DNA of 60,531 nt, from the NCBI GenBank assembly GCA_045646345.1, contig JAZRKN010000002.1:1-60531 (forward strand), given 5' to 3'. The position numbers were made by a program, and so were the translations under genes. The notes below the pieces were generated by a model. It had not been told where the DNA came from and did no database searches. It saw nothing but the letters and a program-made list of their open reading frames with translations. This DNA comes from Candidatus Scatovivens sp. (GTDB taxonomy: Bacteria > Bacillota > Clostridia > TANB77 > CAG-508). This document shows, piece by piece, positions 50,088 to 59,484 of the stretch; position 1 is the first letter of the stretch; each line of letters opens with the position of its first letter.

Positions 50088-52103
50088 TTGGCATTTGAAC
50101 ATTTACAATTGAATCAAGCAGCAACAGAAATGTTTAACGACATTTCAGCAGAAATGCGGAAACGCAAAATCAATGTTTTAAACATCCCTCTTCTTCTTTG
50201 GGGTGTACTAACTGCCAGTATGGAGGACTCAGCATATAGTGCTCTCGAAAACTACCTCTATACCGACACAGAACTTCCTTCGAATGAAGTTGAAGATGCT
50301 ATTTCTTTGATGATTTCTATTTCTGAACCTAAATCCGATTCTAAATCTCAAAACAAATCCGGAAAAGGTTCTAAGAAAAGCAAAAAACTTAAGAAACAGC
50401 CTAATACAGAAACACTAGAAGAGTGTTCTGCAAAGAAAGAACTTGAAGAACCAACTACAAGTTACACTTTCTATGCTTCTGAAGGTAAGGAAATTAAGTT
50501 TGAAGTAAATCAAGATGTTGAAAAAGTCTTTGAAAAATTGTTGGAGATTGTTGCCAAGTATGAAATTACTGTTCTTGATCCCATTTACATTACTTGTGCA
50601 ATGTTTATGTGCGATTGTAACGATTTGAAGCATTTCTTCAAAGATATTGACGCAAACTATGATGATGCTAAATCTTATTTCCACGCCGACCGTATCATGG
50701 TATGCGGCGTAATTCCATTCCAGCTTGCAGGTTTCTTAAGTACCCTTAACGAGAAAATTGATGCAAAATCTCCGTGTGAAATTCTCGGAAGAGACAAAGA
50801 AGTCAAACAAATCTGGAACATCGCGTCTAAAAGAAACAAACGAAATGTAATCATCATCGGTGAACCCGGTGTTGGTAAATCCGCTTTAATTGAAAAACTT
50901 ACTCATGACATCAACAGTGGCAATTGTCCTGAAAAATTCAAAAATTTCAAAATTGTTGTCTTAGATGTCAACTCTCTTATTGCTGGTACAACATATCGTG
51001 GTCAAGCAGAAGAACGAATTAAAGATCTTATTCGTTTCTTGGAAAAAAATCATGATGTAATTCTTTTCGTTGATGAGGTTCATACAATGCTTGGTGCAGG
51101 TTCTTGTTTCGAAGGCGAAATGGACCTTGCTAATGCATTAAAACCAATCTTAGCTCGAGGAGATACAATCGTTATCGGCGCAACAACCGAAAGTGAATAT
51201 GAAAAGTATTTCAAAAAAGATGGTGCTCTCACTCGTCGTTTCGAAAAAGTAATTGTCAGAGAACCTATGGTACATGAAGTTTACCCTATGATTCAAAATA
51301 AGCTAGTTGAACTTAGCAAGTTTCATAATGTAAACATCACACGTGAAATTGTCGAATATGCAATTTTAATTGCAGGATGTTTTTCTTTTGATAAGAAAAA
51401 TCCTGATAAGACTTTGGACTTGATAGACCGTTCAATGGTCTCTGCCAATAACGCAAAAAAGACATATGTCGACAAAGAGTGTATCATCGAAAACTTTGAT
51501 GCTTACTTCGAAAAATGGGATAAGATGTCTGAGGATACCAGACGAGAAATAGCTTATCATGAGGCTGGTCACTACATTGTAGGAAAACTTTCTGACAAAC
51601 TCATTGATCTCCGCTGGCTTGCAGTCTCTATTATGCCTGCCGAAGATTATCTTGGAATAACTGTGCACGAATGTGACGAAGATGTCGTCCCTTATAAAAA
51701 TGCAAGTTATTACATTGATTTGATGGCATACTATTATGGTGGTCGTGTCGCAGAAGAAAAATTCAGACATGATTTTACTAGTGGTGCGTATGGAGACTTA
51801 GACTATGTAACTCGTCTTGCATCTACTTTTGTGACAAAATTCGGTATGGGAAATGACTCTATTGAAAACAGAGCATATCTCATTGGCGAAGAATATTCTA
51901 TGTTCACAGAGTCTTCAACCAACATGATAAATGATGAAATTAATCGAGTTACAAAAAAAGCTTACACTCGAGCCAAAGAAATCATCGATCAAAACATGGA
52001 TCTTTTGGAAGCTATTGTTGAAATTCTCATGGCAAACAAGATTGTCAGTGAAATCGAACTTGACAAGATTTGGAAAAGCGTTGTTGCAAAAAGAAACAAC
52101 TAA
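50088..52103 (+). CDS. Clp-type AAA+ ATPase fused to FtsH-type M41 metallopeptidase
   Basis: GRDKE, GEPGVGKS, AGTTYRG, LFVDEVH, IGATT, LTRRF, PDK.LDLID then AYHEAGH, GGRVAEE, SGAYGD, FGM; AAGGAGG RBS before TTG. Confidence 0.9.
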   Translation: MAFEHLQLNQAATEMFNDISAEMRKRKINVLNIPLLLWGVLTASMEDSAYSALENYLYTDTELPSNEVEDAISLMISISEPKSDSKSQNKSGKGSKKSKKLKKQPNTETLEECSAKKELEEPTTSYTFYASEGKEIKFEVNQDVEKVFEKLLEIVAKYEITVLDPIYITCAMFMCDCNDLKHFFKDIDANYDDAKSYFHADRIMVCGVIPFQLAGFLSTLNEKIDAKSPCEILGRDKEVKQIWNIASKRNKRNVIIIGEPGVGKSALIEKLTHDINSGNCPEKFKNFKIVVLDVNSLIAGTTYRGQAEERIKDLIRFLEKNHDVILFVDEVHTMLGAGSCFEGEMDLANALKPILARGDTIVIGATTESEYEKYFKKDGALTRRFEKVIVREPMVHEVYPMIQNKLVELSKFHNVNITREIVEYAILIAGCFSFDKKNPDKTLDLIDRSMVSANNAKKTYVDKECIIENFDAYFEKWDKMSEDTRREIAYHEAGHYIVGKLSDKLIDLRWLAVSIMPAEDYLGITVHECDEDVVPYKNASYYIDLMAYYYGGRVAEEKFRHDFTSGAYGDLDYVTRLASTFVTKFGMGNDSIENRAYLIGEEYSMFTESSTNMINDEINRVTKKAYTRAKEIIDQNMDLLEAIVEILMANKIVSEIELDKIWKSVVAKRNN

Positions 52104-52185
52104 AATAAGTAGCAATAATTTGCAATCGCAATTCAATTAGCGCCAAAACTAATTGAATCATTTGTGAAAAATTAAATCACACATA

Positions 52186-52222
52186 AAAAAACCAATCAGA
52201 AGCAAATTCTGATTGGTTTTTT
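52186..52222. terminator. Bidirectional terminator
   Basis: aaaaaaccaatcagaa-gcaaa-ttctgattggtttttt. Confidence 0.88.
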
Positions 52223-52231
52223 CTTTTATAA

Positions 52232-52909
52232 TTATTTTATTAAATCCTTTACTACTTCTCCAGCAATTATAAGTCCAGCAACTGATGGTACAAAGGAAAT
52301 GCTTCCCGGTGTCTCTCTTCCATTTTTAATTGGTTCTTCTTTAGAGTATAACACTTTTAATTTTTTTATACCTCTTTGTTTTAATTCTTTTCTCATAACT
52401 TTAGCTAATGGACATACTGAAGTTTTATAAATATCTGTTATTTCAAATCGTGTAGGATCTAATTTATTTCCAGTTCCCATACACGAAATTATAGAAATAT
52501 TTAAATTATTTGCTCTTAATATTAATTCTATTTTTGCAGTTACTGTATCTACTGCATCTACAATATAATCAATAGTTTCATCTAAGATTCCTTCTGTCTC
52601 AGGCATAAAGAATTCCTTATAAACTTCTACTTTAGCCTCAGGATTTATATCTAAAATTCTTTCTTTAGCAATTTCTACTTTTGATTTTCCAACTGTTTTT
52701 GTTGTTGCTATTATTTGTCTATTTATATTAGAAACAGAAACTTCATCATTATCTACTAAAATAAAATTTCCAATCCCAACTCTTGCTAATCCTTCTACCA
52801 CATAAGACCCTACACCGCCTATTCCAAATATAGCAACTTTAGTTTTTTTTAGAATTTCTATTTTTTCTTTTCCAATTATCAATTCAGTCCTAGAAAATTG
52901 ATTTTCCAT
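52232..52909 (-). CDS. tcdA: tRNA threonylcarbamoyladenosine dehydratase (ThiF family)
   Basis: FSRT, GIGGVG, SNINRQ, DAVD, MG.GNKLDP, CPLAK, VYS.E-like motifs. Confidence 0.88.
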   Translation of the reverse strand: MENQFSRTELIIGKEKIEILKKTKVAIFGIGGVGSYVVEGLARVGIGNFILVDNDEVSVSNINRQIIATTKTVGKSKVEIAKERILDINPEAKVEVYKEFFMPETEGILDETIDYIVDAVDTVTAKIELILRANNLNISIISCMGTGNKLDPTRFEITDIYKTSVCPLAKVMRKELKQRGIKKLKVLYSKEEPIKNGRETPGSISFVPSVAGLIIAGEVVKDLIK

Positions 52910-52929
52910 TTTTACCACCTACAATTATT

Positions 52930-53769
52930 TTATTCTTTTTTACTTCCATAATCATCTAAAAAATGATGAAATTCATCACCTTTTCTATAGGAAATAATTG
53001 TATCTAAATTAACATTTTGTACACTGTTAAAAATATTAATATCTATTTTGTCATATTTTTTCTTCATATCTTTTATAAGTTGTTTCATCTCTTCTCTTTT
53101 AGAAACATCTCCTGGATTTTGACTCATATTATATTCTTCAGTAAATTTACATGCACATTGAATAAAATCTAAATCATTTTTATCTTTCCATGCAATTATA
53201 TCCTCTTCTCTTACAAAATATAATGGTCTTATTAATTCCATTCCAGGATGAGATGTACTACAAACTTTTGGCATCATAGTTTGCATTTGAGAACCATAAA
53301 ACATTCCCATTAAAATTGTTTCAATAACATCATCAAAATGATGACCTAGTGCAATTTTATTGCATCCTAATTCTTTTGCCTTTTCATATAAATGTCCCCT
53401 TCTCATTCTTGCACATAAATAACATGGATTATTTTCTATATGTACAACTCTCGAAAAAATATCTGTTTCAAACATTGTAATTGGAACATTTAAAAGTTTT
53501 GCATTATCTATTATTTTTTGTTTATTTACTTCATTATAACCTGGATTCATAACTATGAATTCTAATTCAAAATTCATTTTTCTATGTTTTTTTATTTCTT
53601 GAAAACATTTAGCCATAAGCATAGAATCTTTTCCACCAGAAATACAAACAGCAATTTTATCTCCGTCTTGAATCATTTCATATTCTGAAATTCCTTTAAT
53701 AAACATTTTCCAAATTTCTTTACGAAATCTTTTGGTAATTGTTTGTTCTATTTCCTCGTATCTTTCCAT
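52930..53769 (-). CDS. TtcA-family tRNA thiolation protein
   Basis: SGGKDS PP-loop, PCYLC..MRRG, GHHFDD, IRPL; second CxxC reduced to CAC. Confidence 0.85.
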   Translation of the reverse strand: MERYEEIEQTITKRFRKEIWKMFIKGISEYEMIQDGDKIAVCISGGKDSMLMAKCFQEIKKHRKMNFELEFIVMNPGYNEVNKQKIIDNAKLLNVPITMFETDIFSRVVHIENNPCYLCARMRRGHLYEKAKELGCNKIALGHHFDDVIETILMGMFYGSQMQTMMPKVCSTSHPGMELIRPLYFVREEDIIAWKDKNDLDFIQCACKFTEEYNMSQNPGDVSKREEMKQLIKDMKKKYDKIDINIFNSVQNVNLDTIISYRKGDEFHHFLDDYGSKKE

Positions 53770-53778
53770 TTGTTCTCC

Positions 53779-54831
53779 TTAAACAATTTTTCCTCCACCA
53801 ACAACAATATCATCGATATAAAATACTGCTGATTGTCCTGGAGTAACAGCTCTTTGAGGCTCATCAAAAACAACTTTTACATATTCTCCATCTTGGCAAA
53901 TTTTTGCTTTTGCTTGTTTTGCAGAATATCTTGTTTTTACCTCAACTTCCATTTTTCCAACTATCTCATCTATTAATAAAAGATTAATATCTTTCACATA
54001 AATTTCTTTAGAATAAAGTTCTTGTTCTTCTCCAACAATAACTTCATTTTTATCACTATTAAAACCTAAAACAAATAATGGAACTGGATTTGATATTCCA
54101 AGCCCTTTTCTTTGTCCTATTGTATAATTATAAAGACCAGAATGTCTTCCTAAAACTTTACCTTGTCTATTTACAATATTTCCTGGCTTTGGTTTTATTT
54201 CAGAATTTTCTTCTAAAAACTTTTTATAATTTCCATCTGGAATAAAACAAATATCTTCACTATCTGGTTTGTTTGCAACTTTTAAATTCTTTTCTTTTGC
54301 TATTGCTCTTATTTGTTCTTTATCTTCAAATTCAGCCAAAGGAAAAATTATAAATTCTAGAATTTCTTTTGGTATACTCCACAAAACATAACTTTGATCT
54401 TTTCTTCCTGCATTAGATTTTTTCAAAACCCATCTTGAATATTTCTCAGAATATTCTGTTTTTGCATAATGACCTGTAGCAATGTAATTACAATTTAATT
54501 CTTGCGCTTTTCTTAACATTGCTCCAAATTTCATATATCTATTACATTCTATACAAGGATTTGGTGTTTTACAATTTGCATAACAATTTATAAAATCAAT
54601 TATAACATGTTTTTTAAATTCATTTTTAAAATCATAACCATAATGCTCTATATTTAAAGTATCACAAATAGATTTAGCATCTTTAAATGTATCTAAGCTA
54701 GCACATTCACTTCCACTAAACAACTCTAATGTTGTTCCTACAACTTCATATCCTTGTTCTTGTAATAAAATAGCAGATACAGAGCTATCAACTCCTCCAC
54801 TCATACCTAATAAAACTCTTTTTTTATCCAT
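53779..54831 (-). CDS. mnmA: tRNA-specific 2-thiouridylase MnmA
   Basis: MSGGVDS, TPNPCIECN, ATGHY, KDQSY, DSEDICF, YTIGQRKG, TPGQ. Confidence 0.97.
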   Translation of the reverse strand: MDKKRVLLGMSGGVDSSVSAILLQEQGYEVVGTTLELFSGSECASLDTFKDAKSICDTLNIEHYGYDFKNEFKKHVIIDFINCYANCKTPNPCIECNRYMKFGAMLRKAQELNCNYIATGHYAKTEYSEKYSRWVLKKSNAGRKDQSYVLWSIPKEILEFIIFPLAEFEDKEQIRAIAKEKNLKVANKPDSEDICFIPDGNYKKFLEENSEIKPKPGNIVNRQGKVLGRHSGLYNYTIGQRKGLGISNPVPLFVLGFNSDKNEVIVGEEQELYSKEIYVKDINLLLIDEIVGKMEVEVKTRYSAKQAKAKICQDGEYVKVVFDEPQRAVTPGQSAVFYIDDIVVGGGKIV

Positions 54832-54944
54832 ATTTTTCCCTTTTTATATATCTTTTTTACAGTTATGTTAACCACATAAATTATATTACTAAACCATAAA
54901 AAAGTCAATAATTTTAACTTGCATATTCCTTTAAATAAAAGATA

Positions 54945-54966
54945 CGAGCGGGGTAGCCCCCGCTCG
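54945..54966. terminator. GC-rich hairpin downstream of beta-CASP gene
   Basis: cgagcgggg-tagc-ccccgctcg. Confidence 0.7.
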
Positions 54967-54981
54967 CTTAAGCTTGATTAT

Positions 54982-56625
54982 TTAGTTTCTTCTGCCTCTT
55001 CCGACTCTCATCTTCTTAGGCTTTTGTCTGCCCTTTTTAGATTTTTTGGACTTTCTCTGATTCTTAGCCGCTTTTTTCTCTTTTTGGGCTTTTTTAGAAG
55101 CTTTGCTTTTGGATATTTGTTCAGCAGAAGCTTCTTTACCAAAAACGACACGACTTTCATTGATAAGTCCTGCAGGCATGTGTTTCACAACAAGTTTGGT
55201 ATTACGATCTTTCTTGTAACCCACTCGATAAAAACCAACCATGTGCTCTCTGTCGAGAATTCTCATATCCTGAACATTTGGGCATTCCTCTTCAACTGCA
55301 TCCTGGAAAATCTTTTTAGTTTCAGTTTCTCCATGATTAATTCCAAGGAATTTCACATTTGTAAAAAGATTAATGAGTCTTAGCAACTCATCTTGAGTTG
55401 CATGAGAAGATTTTTCTCGCGTTGTTTTCACAACAGCATTTTTTTGGTAAACATTGTTACCGATCTGAAGTTTGTCTGCTCTCTTGGCATCTAACAGTTT
55501 TCTTGCCAAGGTTTCTTCGGCCGCATAGCCAACCAGATGGATCAAACTATTAGGATGTTCCAAGAATAACGGAACATAGATTCTTGCAGGACCATTGGAT
55601 AACATACCCGATGTGGTAATCAGAATCTTCGGTACACCATCATTTAAGATGTTTTCCCTATTCTTAGGATCCACATAGATTAATCCTTTTGGAATAAAGT
55701 CACGATTAGGATTTCTCATGCTTTCCAAAACAGACCTATAAATATGCGTTGTTGTAATTCCCAAAGGACCATCAACACAAATCGCATATTCCTCAGGAAT
55801 CAAACCTTCGTCCTGAAGTTTTTTGAAATCATACAAGATTTCCTGCATTCTTGCTTGAGCAAATGCACCAATCAGGATATTCTGTCTGCGCTTAAAGGCT
55901 TCTAAGATATTGTCTCTAAAGCAGATTTTTATATCCTCTTTTCTTGTGCTACCGTACGTTGATTCACAGAACATTATCAGTTCCATGTTCCTGAACCACT
56001 TTGGAATCTCTCTTACTTTCTCGAAAGAATTTTCGAACTTAAAGTCTCCTGTAAACAAGAAGTTCATTGGGTTCATGTTTGGATAAGAACACTGCAGCAG
56101 AATCATTGCTGCCCCAAGAATGTGTCCGTTCTCCCAGAATGTAAGTTTTACACCCGGAAGAATCTCAATAGTCTTACGATACGGAATTCCTTCGCACATC
56201 TTCAATGTTTTGTCCACGTCTTCGATATGATACAACGCATGAAACTTATCTGCTTCATACGGATATCTCTCTTTCATTTCGCGAACATTTTCTTCCTGCT
56301 GCTCAGCTGAGTCTTTCAAAAATGGCCCAATAAGAGCTCTGGTCACCTCAGACATATAGATCTTATTCTTGTAGCCCTGTTTTACAGCCTTTGGCAGCAA
56401 GCCTGTGTGATCAATGTGATTATGAGTCACAATGATTGCATCAACATTTGATGGGTCGAAGTCATCAACATAGTTGAGATACCTGTAATCGATTTCTTGG
56501 AAATAACCGTAATCGATTAATACCCGATATTTAGTATTATCAGGTCTCTCAATAACGAGATACAGTCTTGAACCTGTAACTCCACTGTGGTAAGCTGTTA
56601 CATATGCTTTCAAAGCATCAGTCAT
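54982..56625 (-). CDS. MBL-fold beta-CASP ribonuclease with very basic C-terminal tail
   Basis: THNHIDH, GHILG, FTGD, ESTYG, SGML..G, SSHA, NHGE; higher GC than flanks. Confidence 0.9.
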   Translation of the reverse strand: MTDALKAYVTAYHSGVTGSRLYLVIERPDNTKYRVLIDYGYFQEIDYRYLNYVDDFDPSNVDAIIVTHNHIDHTGLLPKAVKQGYKNKIYMSEVTRALIGPFLKDSAEQQEENVREMKERYPYEADKFHALYHIEDVDKTLKMCEGIPYRKTIEILPGVKLTFWENGHILGAAMILLQCSYPNMNPMNFLFTGDFKFENSFEKVREIPKWFRNMELIMFCESTYGSTRKEDIKICFRDNILEAFKRRQNILIGAFAQARMQEILYDFKKLQDEGLIPEEYAICVDGPLGITTTHIYRSVLESMRNPNRDFIPKGLIYVDPKNRENILNDGVPKILITTSGMLSNGPARIYVPLFLEHPNSLIHLVGYAAEETLARKLLDAKRADKLQIGNNVYQKNAVVKTTREKSSHATQDELLRLINLFTNVKFLGINHGETETKKIFQDAVEEECPNVQDMRILDREHMVGFYRVGYKKDRNTKLVVKHMPAGLINESRVVFGKEASAEQISKSKASKKAQKEKKAAKNQRKSKKSKKGRQKPKKMRVGRGRRN

Positions 56626-56751
56626 ATAACTCCTCCTTTATTGTTTTAACACGGAGTAACACCTAGTTGAACACTAATTTCAAATTATAATCAAGCCTCC
56701 TCTCATTAGACTTTATTTCAAAGTCAAAATTTGAACAAAAGTGCCTTTATA

Positions 56752-56780
56752 ATTATAACACAAAATGCTCTTGATTTCAA
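56752..56780 (-). promoter_or_regulatory. Sigma-A promoter
   Basis: TTGAAA-17-TATAAT with extended TG. Confidence 0.7.
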
Positions 56781-56866
56781 ACGATTTATTTCTTTTCTCC
56801 CAAAATATAATTTACAAACAAAAAAGACTTCTTAAAAATAAGAAGTCCTTTTATTTTTTGTCTTAA

Positions 56867-58303
56867 TTAGATTTCTACGTATCCACCAATCATTTTGCTT
56901 AATTTAGCATTTTTAACATAATTACGTCCTCCAGCGATAACAACTTTATCACCTGATTCTAATATTCCCATAGCTTTTAATTTTTCAAGTCCAGCTTCAA
57001 CTGTATTATCTATAGAATCTTTTGGATCTACATATACTGGGTGAACGTTCCAAGCTAATCCTAATTGACGGAATGTTCTTTTGTTATCTGTAATTGCTAT
57101 AATTGGGCATCCAGCTCCCATTCCTGATAATCTTCTAGCTGAATCTCCTGTATGAGTATAAGCTACGATTGCATCAGCATTTGTATTTTTAGCAATTATA
57201 CATGTAGAATATGTGATGTTATCTTCTAAGTTTCTTAAAACTATTTTATCTTTATCATCAAATCTTCTCCAATAGTTGATTTCTGGTTCAACTCTTTTTG
57301 CTATTTTATCCATTGTTTTGATACATTCTAATGGGAATTTACCCATAGCGCATTCTCCAGAAAGCATTATAGCACTTGTTCTATCATAAATTGCGTTAGC
57401 AACGTCTGATGCTTCAGCTCTTGTTGGTAATGGATTGCTCATCATTGATTCTAACATTTGTGTAGCTGTAATAGCTGGTTTATAAGCTCTATTAGCTAAT
57501 TTAATAAATCTTTTTTGCATTACAGGTGGTTCTGTAAAGTCTGTTTCTGTAGCCATATCTCCACGAGCTATCATTTGAGCGTCAGCTACTTTAACGATAT
57601 CTTCCATGTTAGATAATCCTTCTACGTTTTCAACTTTTGTTATTATTTTAATATCTTTTCCACCATTTTCATCTAATACTTTTCTAACTTGTGCTATATC
57701 ATCTAAATTTCTTGCAAATGAAATAGCTACATAATCATATTCATGTTCACAAGCTGCTTTTAAGTCATTTATATCTTTTTCAGCTAATGCTGGTAATCTT
57801 ATTATTGTTCCTGGTAAGTTCATAGTTTTTCTACTTCCTAAAGGATTTCCATGAACTACTGTACATACGATATCTTTTTCAACAACTTCATCAACTTTTA
57901 ATTCGATTGCACCGTCGTCTATTAAGATTTTTGTTCCTGGTTCAACATCTTTATATAATTCTTTATATGTAACAGAAACTCTTTGTTCGTCTCCTATAAT
58001 ATCTTCATTTACTAGAGTAAATTTTTGTCCATCTTCAATTTTTATTTTTTCATTTTTTCCTGTATATAACATTCCTGTTCTGATTTCTGGACCTTTCATA
58101 TCTAAAATCATTGGAATTGGTAATTCTTTTTCGTTTCTAATTCTAATAATTTCATTTGTTTTCCATTCTTGTTCGTCATAGCTTCCATGTGAGTAGTTTA
58201 TTCTACAAACATTTAATCCAGCTTCGAATAACTCTTCAAGTCTTTGTTCACTAGCAGGTCCTATTGTTCCAACTATTTTTGTTTTTCTTAAATTTGATTT
58301 CAT
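56867..58303 (-). CDS. pyk: Pyruvate kinase
   Basis: RKTKIV.TIGPAS, N.SHG, D.KGPEIRTG, K.EN, ARGD, ATQMLESM, MLSGE. Confidence 0.97.
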   Translation of the reverse strand: MKSNLRKTKIVGTIGPASEQRLEELFEAGLNVCRINYSHGSYDEQEWKTNEIIRIRNEKELPIPMILDMKGPEIRTGMLYTGKNEKIKIEDGQKFTLVNEDIIGDEQRVSVTYKELYKDVEPGTKILIDDGAIELKVDEVVEKDIVCTVVHGNPLGSRKTMNLPGTIIRLPALAEKDINDLKAACEHEYDYVAISFARNLDDIAQVRKVLDENGGKDIKIITKVENVEGLSNMEDIVKVADAQMIARGDMATETDFTEPPVMQKRFIKLANRAYKPAITATQMLESMMSNPLPTRAEASDVANAIYDRTSAIMLSGECAMGKFPLECIKTMDKIAKRVEPEINYWRRFDDKDKIVLRNLEDNITYSTCIIAKNTNADAIVAYTHTGDSARRLSGMGAGCPIIAITDNKRTFRQLGLAWNVHPVYVDPKDSIDNTVEAGLEKLKAMGILESGDKVVIAGGRNYVKNAKLSKMIGGYVEI

Positions 58304-58508
58304 ATTAATTCTCCTCTATTAAGATATTTTAACCAGCCTTAAGTATACCAAAAAAACATTATTAATTCAAGTGTTTTTTGAGATTTTCTTCTATTATTTA
58401 ATTAATTTTTACAGTAATAATAGCAAAAAGCCCATAAACGAATTTACGGACTTTCTAAACAAATCTTTAATTAAAAATTATTTTTTTGCTTTTTGCTAAG
58501 AATTAAAT

Positions 58509-59243
58509 TCAATTTTTGCTAACATTTCTGTTTATGCGTTTTATCAACTGTTCAACCGAATCAACATCATTCCAGAGAAAACTAGATAATTCAAGTAGCA
58601 TATCACCTGGCACTTTTTCATATTTATTAGTTTCTTCTATCAACTCTTGATGTTCGCATTTTATAACAACAAAACACTCAAATTCTGTATTTATTGTTTC
58701 ATATCCTGATTTAATCCAAGAAAATTGTTCCAATCTTTTTTTAGTTGTTCTAACTTTCCGACAGCCACCTTCACAATCTGGCTTTGGAGAAAGTCTTTTA
58801 CATAATGATGTGCGAGGTGCACACCGATGTTCAACTTTAATTGCACCTGTCAATTTAAAATCATATGGAACAAATGCAAAATAATATCTGTCATTTTCTT
58901 TTAAAATAAATATTGGTGTATTCCGATTTCTCAAGATATTAAGTTTTTCTTTAGGAATTTCTCTGAGTTCATAAGAATTTATATGTTCTTCTGTTTCGTG
59001 AACAACTTTAATATTATCTTTTTTGTTAGATTCGTTATCATCTAACAAAAACTTTGTAACAACTTCAATAGTAGTCTTTCTATGTAGTTGTTCAAAATTT
59101 TCAACATAAACCTGTTCTCTCTTGTAAGTTATCACACTCTTTTGAGCTTTGCCTATTGGTGTTTCCACTATGTGTGAATCATCATCGTTTTCAGCAAATT
59201 CCTGAAGTCCTATGCTATTTTTTTCAATTGAATTTTTTCTCAT
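58509..59243 (-). CDS. Hypothetical protein with Cys/His cluster
   Basis: ATG 59243 behind GGAGG; HRC..C..C..C..C..C; promoter TTGAAA-17-TATAAT at 59348-59320. Confidence 0.65.
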   Translation of the reverse strand: MRKNSIEKNSIGLQEFAENDDDSHIVETPIGKAQKSVITYKREQVYVENFEQLHRKTTIEVVTKFLLDDNESNKKDNIKVVHETEEHINSYELREIPKEKLNILRNRNTPIFILKENDRYYFAFVPYDFKLTGAIKVEHRCAPRTSLCKRLSPKPDCEGGCRKVRTTKKRLEQFSWIKSGYETINTEFECFVVIKCEHQELIEETNKYEKVPGDMLLELSSFLWNDVDSVEQLIKRINRNVSKN

Positions 59244-59484
59244 TTTAGTACCTCCTGATGTCATGTCGAAACTTTATATATTTGTTTCGCTTTTCAATTG
59301 TTAAGGGCTTATACATTATATTATACAGTTTTATGTTAACTTTTTCAACGTTAAAGTATTATAATTGGTATCATTTTTTCTTATAGCAACTATAAGTACT
59401 AATTATTTTCTAACAATGTATTCCCCTTAGTCTAAACGCTTCTAACTCGCCTTAAATTAATTTTGTATTAAAATAATATAGTTA

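Noticed and set aside
52160-52183. Rex or CRP-like site (TGTGA...TCACA)
   Set aside because: Wrong spacing and located between convergent gene ends
371-56310. Many short opposite-strand ORFs in the track (e.g. 2458-2964, 21255-21728, 39762-40853, 51432-51770, 54919-55383)
   Set aside because: They overlap well-supported genes on the other strand, lack RBSs and have shadow-like composition
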